From NCBI GenBank assembly GCA_963205305.1, contig CAUJIC010000021.1:1527-65526 (forward strand): a DNA stretch of 64,000 nt, written 5' to 3'. The DNA is from Pseudomonadota bacterium (lineage in GTDB: Bacteria > Pseudomonadota > Alphaproteobacteria > Rickettsiales > UBA3002). Below are positions 58,607-64,000 of the stretch, in pieces; the first letter of the stretch is position 1, and each line of letters opens with the position of its first letter. The notes beneath the pieces were generated by a model. That model saw only the letters and a list, made by a program, of their open reading frames with translations, was not told the origin of the DNA and made no database searches. Made by a program: the position numbers and the translations under genes.

Positions 58607-59418
58607 TTAATTGGCCAAACGTCAACCTTTTCGCGCGTGGCGAGCAGGCAGCGACGCTGGTCGCCCTCAATGATTAAACAGGCAAGGCTTTCCGTTGCTG
58701 CACTGCTCACATCCAAATTAGCACGGTGGTGCAAAATATCGGGCGCGGTAACAGGCGAATGGCCATGCACAATGTAATGGTCGTGGTAGGCCTCATATTC
58801 AAGGAAGGGTTTGCGAATCCACATTAAATGCTCGCGGGTTTGCTTCTCCATCGGGCGGCGCGGGTCGATGCCTGCATGCACAAACAGGTAATCCCCCACT
58901 TGGTGCCGCAACTGCAGCCCCCTCAAAAACTCCACATGGGCAATGGGCATCCGCGTTAACAATTCATCGCGCACGGCGGTTAACGCTTCGGGGGTCATCG
59001 CAGCAGGGATGCCCATGCCATAGGCAGCAAGCGTGGCATAGCCCCCCATATTCCCCCAAAGGCGCAACTGCTTCGGGTCATCCAAAAAATTCAGCATCGC
59101 CTCTTCGTGGTTGCCCATCAGGCAGACGCGGGCATGGTGCAGCGGCGTGGTTTTGTGCAGCATCTCGATGACCATCTGGCTTTGCATGCCACGGTCGACA
59201 TAATCACCCAGAAACACTTCGACAATCTCGCGGCATGGGTTCGCCGCCACATCCGCCGCAATCCACTCCATCAGCCGCGCCAGCACTTCCCCGCGCCCAT
59301 GGATGTCGCCCACCGCATACACCCGCACGCCAGCAGGCACGCTGAAAACGCGACTGCCATCCGCCACCGCCTCGGGCGATGTCGTCTCCTTGCCCATCAA
59401 ACGGCGCAGCCACTGCAT
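58603..59418 (-). CDS. PPP-family metallophosphatase (Ser/Thr protein phosphatase 1 / ApaH-like)
   Basis: 271 aa. Motifs VYAVGDIHGR, LGDYVDRG and MGNHE. Confidence 0.8.
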   Translation of the reverse strand: MQWLRRLMGKETTSPEAVADGSRVFSVPAGVRVYAVGDIHGRGEVLARLMEWIAADVAANPCREIVEVFLGDYVDRGMQSQMVIEMLHKTTPLHHARVCLMGNHEEAMLNFLDDPKQLRLWGNMGGYATLAAYGMGIPAAMTPEALTAVRDELLTRMPIAHVEFLRGLQLRHQVGDYLFVHAGIDPRRPMEKQTREHLMWIRKPFLEYEAYHDHYIVHGHSPVTAPDILHHRANLDVSSAATESLACLIIEGDQRRCLLATREKVDVWPIK

Positions 59419-59544
59419 TTAGGTTCTCCGGCGGATTAACTGTATAAGTTTCCAACAGATAGCGCCTAACCAACTGCACAGCTAGGGGAAAATTCAGTGC
59501 GTAAATCCCCTTGCCCTCCCCGCACATCCGTGGCAACACTGGCC

Positions 59545-59637
59545 TTGGCTGGCGGCGGGCGGTTTCTTTTGAAAACCCGGCCAGGGCCGAAAGGCAGCAA
59601 CCGTATCGAATACGAAAGCGGGTCGTCCGCCAGCCAC
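59545..59637 (+). ncRNA. ffs: Signal recognition particle RNA (small bacterial 4.5S type)
   Basis: Domain IV core CAGG-GCC-GAAA-GGC-AGCA parallels E. coli CAGG-UCC-GGAA-GGA-AGCA. Terminal helix TGGCTGGCGG / CCGCCAGCCA. Located upstream of dnaX, as in many bacteria. Confidence 0.8.
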
Positions 59638-59718
59638 CTAACTTTGCACCCGCCTAGGGCACGCGCATATAAGTGAGCATCCTCCATCGGCTAAGCGAAA
59701 GAAAATGGGGAGAGTGAG

Positions 59719-60360
59719 ATGAATAAAATTAGACTTGGAGTTTTTTTAATTACTATATTTAGCGCTTTATCCCCTGTGTGGGCAGATACCCCATGGAGTA
59801 TTGTGCGTACCACATGCATTCCAGAGTTGGGAATTTTTCATATAGACCAGATTGATGCTTATCTCGCTTCATACAATGGCCCTCCCGATGAGACAAAACG
59901 CTTTATAGAAGTTATGAAAGAGCACGGTTATTTTGGAATGCCGATGGGCGGGGAGTTTGATTACACGTGCGAACTACCATTCGGTACATACCGCATTGTT
60001 GGTTCTCAGCCTTCATTAAAGGCTACTGACGTTGGCGCCGATCTTCGTGTTACTCTAAGCTTATTCAAGGATGATGAGCCTATACTAAGGAATGTTGCAT
60101 TCTCCCCGTCTTTTTGGGAGCAAGACCCCAAGAATGAGCGCTATCCGTATTTTACTCAAGTATTAATTAATGGTAGTGACTCCCAAATTGATGGGTATTT
60201 GAAAACCAGAAATAAAATCCGTCAAATAGCGTTGGGCGCTTATCAGAATAAACGAAAAATTTATGACCAACCGTTAGTAGCGTGCCTTACGAAGAATGGA
60301 ATCTTTGACTCGACTAAGGGCACTTCATCAATTTATAAAAAATGCAGCATCAATAATTAA
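59719..60360 (+). CDS. Hypothetical secreted protein, AT-rich orphan
   Basis: 213 aa with signal peptide MNKIRLGVFLITIFSALSPVWA. Codon usage and base composition are clearly more AT-rich than the flanking genes. Confidence 0.6.
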   Translation: MNKIRLGVFLITIFSALSPVWADTPWSIVRTTCIPELGIFHIDQIDAYLASYNGPPDETKRFIEVMKEHGYFGMPMGGEFDYTCELPFGTYRIVGSQPSLKATDVGADLRVTLSLFKDDEPILRNVAFSPSFWEQDPKNERYPYFTQVLINGSDSQIDGYLKTRNKIRQIALGAYQNKRKIYDQPLVACLTKNGIFDSTKGTSSIYKKCSINN

Positions 60361-60440
60361 TCTCCCCACAATTTCTTCCCCCTCTTAATAACCCGCACGT
60401 GCCGCTTGGCTTAATGGCACAACCACTCTAATCTCCCTCC

Positions 60441-62159
60441 ATGTCCAGCATCTATCGCGTCCTCGCCCGTAAATATCGCCCGCAGACTTTTGCCGATCTC
60501 ATTGGCCAAGAGGTGCTGGTGCGCACGCTCACCAATGCGTTCGCCAGTGGCCGCATTGCGCACGCGTTTGTGCTCACGGGCATTCGCGGCATCGGCAAAA
60601 CCACCACGGCGCGCATCATCGCACGCGGGCTCAACTGCATCGGCCCCGATGGGTTGGGCGAGCCCACCACCACCCCCTGCGGCGTGTGCCCCAACTGCAT
60701 CGCGATTGCGGAGGACAGGCATGTCGATGTCATCGAGATGGATGCGGCGAGCAACACCGGCGTCGACAATATGCGCGATTTGATTGACTCGGTGCAATAC
60801 GCCCCCGTCTCCGCGCGCTACAAAGTGTACATCATCGATGAGGTGCACATGCTGAGTAAGAGCGCGTTCAACGCGATCCTCAAAACGCTGGAGGAACCTC
60901 CGCCGCATGTGAAGTTCATTTTCGCCACCACGGAAATCCGCAAAATCCCCGTCACGATTATTTCCCGCTGCCAGAAGTTCGATTTGAAACGCGTGGAGAT
61001 GGACGAGCTGAGCCAGCACCTTGTCAACATCGCGACCAAAGAAAACATCGCCCTGCCGCCCGAGTGTGCGACCCTCATCGCCGCCGCTGCCGAAGGCTCG
61101 GTGCGTGATTCGCTCAGCATCCTCGACCAAGCGATTGCCATGCACACCGATAGCGCGGGCGCGGTGAACATCGCCACCGCCAGCGTGCGCGACATGTTGG
61201 GGCTGGCCGATAAAACCCAAAGCTTCACGCTGCTCAAACAACTCTTCGCTGGCAAAACGGATGAAGCGCTCGACGCCGCCCAGCGCCTGCACCACCAAGG
61301 TGCCGACCCCGCCGCACTGCTGAGCGATTTGCTCGATATTGTGCATTACCTCACGCGCATTGTGGTTGCACCCGCGCTGCTCAACAACCTGCATTATTCC
61401 CCCGCCGAGCAAGCCCTCGCCAAAGAAATGGCGGCTAACCTCAACGTCCCCGCCCTCACCCGCGCATGGCAAATCCTCACCAAAGGTGCGGATGAAATGC
61501 GGCATGCCACCCAAGCCAGCGCCACGCTCGAAATGATTCTCGTGCGCCTTGGCTATGCCAGCAATTTGCCCACACCGAACGAGCTGGTGCGCAGCCTGCA
61601 AAGCAATCCACCTGCTGCATCGGCACCCGCCGCGCGCGCCAGCGCTGCGCCTGCCGCAACAATCGCTTCCACCGCCGCCGTTGCAAGTTCGCGCGCCGAT
61701 GCCCACCCCTTCGCGCCCACCAGCACCACGGTGATGAACGCGGGCAACGCCGCCACCGCCACAGCGCTCAAAATCGAGCCCGTCATCCTCGCTGAAGTGC
61801 ATAGCTTCGCGGACGTAGTGAAACTATTCGAAGAACGCCGCGAGCCTATCCTCGCCACCCACCTCATTAACGACATGCGCCTTGTCGCGTTCGAGGCGGG
61901 GCGTATCGAGGTCAAACCCATCGCCCATATGAATGCGGATGTGCCCGCGCGCATCAACCGCCGCTTGGCGGAGTGGACAGGCGATAAATGGAACCTTGTC
62001 TTCAACACCAATGCGGAAGGCGAGCCCTCCATCCGCGAGCAGCGCACGCACGCTGCCAAGCAACAGCGCGACTACGCCTTCGCCCACCCCAAAGTGCAAG
62101 CGGTGCTCGAAGTATTCCCCGATGCGAAGCTGGTCGATTTTATTCCGAGTAAACACTGA
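60441..62159 (+). CDS. dnaX: DNA polymerase III subunit gamma/tau
   Basis: 572 aa. Motifs YRPQTFADLIGQE, GIRGIGKTT, Zn module CGVCPNC, IIDEVHMLS and SRCQKFDL. Confidence 0.93.
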   Translation: MSSIYRVLARKYRPQTFADLIGQEVLVRTLTNAFASGRIAHAFVLTGIRGIGKTTTARIIARGLNCIGPDGLGEPTTTPCGVCPNCIAIAEDRHVDVIEMDAASNTGVDNMRDLIDSVQYAPVSARYKVYIIDEVHMLSKSAFNAILKTLEEPPPHVKFIFATTEIRKIPVTIISRCQKFDLKRVEMDELSQHLVNIATKENIALPPECATLIAAAAEGSVRDSLSILDQAIAMHTDSAGAVNIATASVRDMLGLADKTQSFTLLKQLFAGKTDEALDAAQRLHHQGADPAALLSDLLDIVHYLTRIVVAPALLNNLHYSPAEQALAKEMAANLNVPALTRAWQILTKGADEMRHATQASATLEMILVRLGYASNLPTPNELVRSLQSNPPAASAPAARASAAPAATIASTAAVASSRADAHPFAPTSTTVMNAGNAATATALKIEPVILAEVHSFADVVKLFEERREPILATHLINDMRLVAFEAGRIEVKPIAHMNADVPARINRRLAEWTGDKWNLVFNTNAEGEPSIREQRTHAAKQQRDYAFAHPKVQAVLEVFPDAKLVDFIPSKH

Positions 62160-62170
62160 GGGAGAGTGCC

Positions 62171-62620
62171 ATGATTAAACCCAACACGGTTCATCTTCAT
62201 CGTGTCCTTGCCGCAAAACCCGAGAAAGTGTACCGCGCGTTCATCGAGGCGGATGCACTAACTCGCTGGATAGCGCCCGATGGATTCACCGCCAAAGTGC
62301 ATCACCTCGATGCCAAAGTGGGCGGCACGTTCAAAATGTCGTTCACCAATTTCACCACGCAGCAAACTTCGTCGTTCGGTGGCGAATACAAGGAACTGGT
62401 GCCCCACCAGCGGCTTGTCTACACTGACCGTTTCGATGACCCCAATTTACCAGGCGAAATACTCGTTACCGTGGAGCTAAAACCAGTGCTGGTTGGGACA
62501 GATCTCACCATTACTCAGGAGAATATTCCTGCAGTCATCCCCGTTGAAATGTGCTATCTGGGTTGGCAGCAATCGCTCACCTATTTGGCAAAACTGGTTG
62601 AGCCCGAAATTAATCACTAA
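62171..62620 (+). CDS. SRPBCC / Aha1-domain protein
   Basis: 149 aa. Motifs KVYRAFIEADALTRWIAPDGF, VGGTFKMSF and LVYTDRFDDPNLPGE. Confidence 0.65.
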   Translation: MIKPNTVHLHRVLAAKPEKVYRAFIEADALTRWIAPDGFTAKVHHLDAKVGGTFKMSFTNFTTQQTSSFGGEYKELVPHQRLVYTDRFDDPNLPGEILVTVELKPVLVGTDLTITQENIPAVIPVEMCYLGWQQSLTYLAKLVEPEINH

Positions 62621-62661
62621 GTAATTGGTGCACACCCCACACTCATATTAGGAAGACTCCC

Positions 62662-62982
62662 ATGAACATCCAAAAAATGATGAAACAAGCACAAGAGATG
62701 CAAGCCAAGCTCGGCCAAATGCAAGCCGAGATGGAAGCCACCGAGTTCGAAGGGCAAGCCGCCAGCGGCGCGGTGAAGCTCACCCTCACGGGTAAAGGAA
62801 AAATGACTAAAATCGCGCTCGATGCATCACTCATCAAGGCCGATGAAAAAGACATACTCGAAGATCTCATCATCCTCGCGCACAACGATGCAAAGGACAA
62901 AGCTGATGCCGCCCTCGCCGATGCTATGGGCAACGTAACGGGTGGGCTGAAATTGCCTGCAGGCATGAAGCTGCCGTTCTAG
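62662..62982 (+). CDS. ybaB: Nucleoid-associated protein YbaB/EbfC
   Basis: 106 aa. MNIQKMMKQAQEMQAKL...GQAASGAVKLTLTGKG. Confidence 0.9.
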   Translation: MNIQKMMKQAQEMQAKLGQMQAEMEATEFEGQAASGAVKLTLTGKGKMTKIALDASLIKADEKDILEDLIILAHNDAKDKADAALADAMGNVTGGLKLPAGMKLPF

Positions 62983-62984
62983 TA

Positions 62985-63569
62985 ATGACCACCTCCATCG
63001 ACCGCCTGATTGCTGAAATTGCCAAACTGCCGGGTGTTGGTCCGCGAAGTGCGCGTCGCCTCGCGCTCAATTTATTACGCCAGCGCGAGCAGCGAATTCC
63101 ATCGCTCATTAGCGCACTCCACACCGCCTTAGAAACCGTAAAAACGTGTAACGTTTGCGGCAGCCTCGATGAATCCGACCCGTGCAAAATCTGCACCGAT
63201 GACGGCCGCGACAATGGCTCTATCCTCGTAGTCGAGGATGTGGCGGATGTATGGGCGATGGAACGCAGCCGTGCGTTTCGTGGTCGCTACCATGTGCTGG
63301 GCGGCACCTTATCGGCCATCGATGGACGCGGGCCCGATGCATTACGCATCGAACCTCTCTTACAACGTGCCTCCTCCTGTAAGGAGGTTATTTTGGCGTT
63401 GTCGGCCACCGTCGCAGGCCAAACCACCGCGCATTATGTGGCGGAGCGCTTGGCCGAATCAGGCGTCACCATCACGCGCCTTGCCCAAGGCATCCCCATG
63501 GGTGGCGAGTTGGATTACATGGATGACGGAACGCTGGGTGCCGCACTCAGCGCCCGCGTGGCGTATTAA
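62985..63569 (+). CDS. recR: Recombination protein RecR
   Basis: 194 aa. HhH LPGVGPRSARRLA, Zn finger CNVCGSLDESDPCKIC and a Toprim domain. Confidence 0.93.
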   Translation: MTTSIDRLIAEIAKLPGVGPRSARRLALNLLRQREQRIPSLISALHTALETVKTCNVCGSLDESDPCKICTDDGRDNGSILVVEDVADVWAMERSRAFRGRYHVLGGTLSAIDGRGPDALRIEPLLQRASSCKEVILALSATVAGQTTAHYVAERLAESGVTITRLAQGIPMGGELDYMDDGTLGAALSARVAY

Positions 63570-63604
63570 AAAACCGCGAAGGTATTACCCTCGCGGTTTT
63601 TCGT
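63568..63604. terminator. Bidirectional terminator after recR
   Basis: A-run, stem ACCGCGA / TCGCGGT with inner GG/CC pairs, then T5. Sits between convergent genes. Confidence 0.7.
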
Positions 63605-63635
63605 TTCCAATTTACTCAAACTCACCAACGGCCAA

Positions 63636-64000
63636 TTATGGCGTTTTGATTTGTGAGATTTTCGTACCCTCGATGCTGAGCGATGCCATCAGCCCTTTTT
63701 GGTCGAAGATGAACGCATAGGCATCCTCTTTCAAGGTCGAGGAGCTCAGGTTTTTCGCGACACCCTCGTTCACAAGCACCACCGTTGGGCCAACACCAAT
63801 TTCCCAACCATGCGATTTGCGGATGTAATCAAGCGCTTTGTCGTTCATCAGGAACACCACATATCCATAGGATTGTGCGCCCGCTTGCCAGCCGAATGAG
63901 CCAGTAACAGAATTATAATAGCTGTCGCTTTGGTCGTTCACGCGCAGCACACCTTCACCATACGCACCGCCGAAAATGAGGCCCGCTTTCACAATGCTCG
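63636..64000 (-). CDS. SYLF (Ysc84-like) lipid-binding domain protein, 5'-truncated by window edge
   Basis: C-terminal part with GSFGWQAGAQSYGYVVFLMN and AYAFIFDQKGLMASLSIEGTKI. The ORF runs off the right end of the window. Confidence 0.7.
   Translation of the reverse strand, partial: SIVKAGLIFGGAYGEGVLRVNDQSDSYYNSVTGSFGWQAGAQSYGYVVFLMNDKALDYIRKSHGWEIGVGPTVVLVNEGVAKNLSSSTLKEDAYAFIFDQKGLMASLSIEGTKISQIKTP

Noticed and set aside
60411-61802. 463-aa minus-strand ORF
   Set aside because: It is antisense to the well-supported dnaX. The product is Gly/Arg/His-rich with no motifs.
60441-62159. Programmed frameshift site in dnaX
   Set aside because: I saw no A-AAA-AAG-type slippery heptamer in the gene, so I make no frameshift claim.
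1-64000. Search for CRISPR arrays, tRNA, rRNA, IS elements, integrases, toxin-antitoxin pairs and known defence-system proteins
   Set aside because: I saw no spaced direct-repeat array, cloverleaf-capable intergenic segment or rRNA-like region. No transposase, recombinase, nuclease or NTPase signature typical of these systems was seen by eye. A proper scan (tRNAscan, Infernal, DefenseFinder or PADLOC) would be needed to exclude them.

Overview
This is a chromosomal segment from an alphaproteobacterium. The assignment rests on a near-textbook CtrA, a ChpT phosphotransferase, a DUF1674 gene, tig-clpP-clpX-lon and ffs-dnaX-ybaB-recR. Positions 1-30.5 kb are mostly housekeeping: ctrA, a cheA(REC)-cheW-cheY-cheB-cheR operon, chpT, gmhA, rpe, rsmB, parC, recO, era, cspA, a DEAD-box helicase, lon, clpX, clpP and tig. 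Several small orphan genes interrupt this region. Positions 30.5-59.4 kb form a roughly 29-kb Wzx/Wzy-type polysaccharide locus. It encodes 7 glycosyltransferases, 5 candidate methyltransferases, acetyl and pyruvyl transferases, an AsnB-type amidotransferase, Ugd, a UDP-GlcA epimerase, a flippase, two polymerase-like proteins, a Wza-like exporter and a Wzc-like tyrosine kinase. Positions 59.4-64 kb carry SRP RNA, an AT-rich orphan gene, dnaX, an SRPBCC gene, ybaB, recR and a partial SYLF gene. I recognised no rRNA, tRNA, CRISPR array, transposase, integrase or classical defence system. The main leads are listed here. (1) An MCP-less Che operon with a CheA-receiver hybrid lies between ctrA and chpT, next to an HPt-like protein that lacks the phospho-His. 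(2) A membrane sensor-kinase look-alike has Gln at the phospho-His position and degenerate ATP-binding boxes. (3) A 47-bp duplication of the era 3' end flanks a 326-bp insert carrying a 79-aa ORF. (4) An orphan prepilin-like gene sits between clpX and lon behind a near-consensus CtrA box. (5) The tyrosine-kinase module has a PPP-family phosphatase instead of the usual Wzb or CpsB. All functional calls come from reading motifs in the translations. No database search was run.
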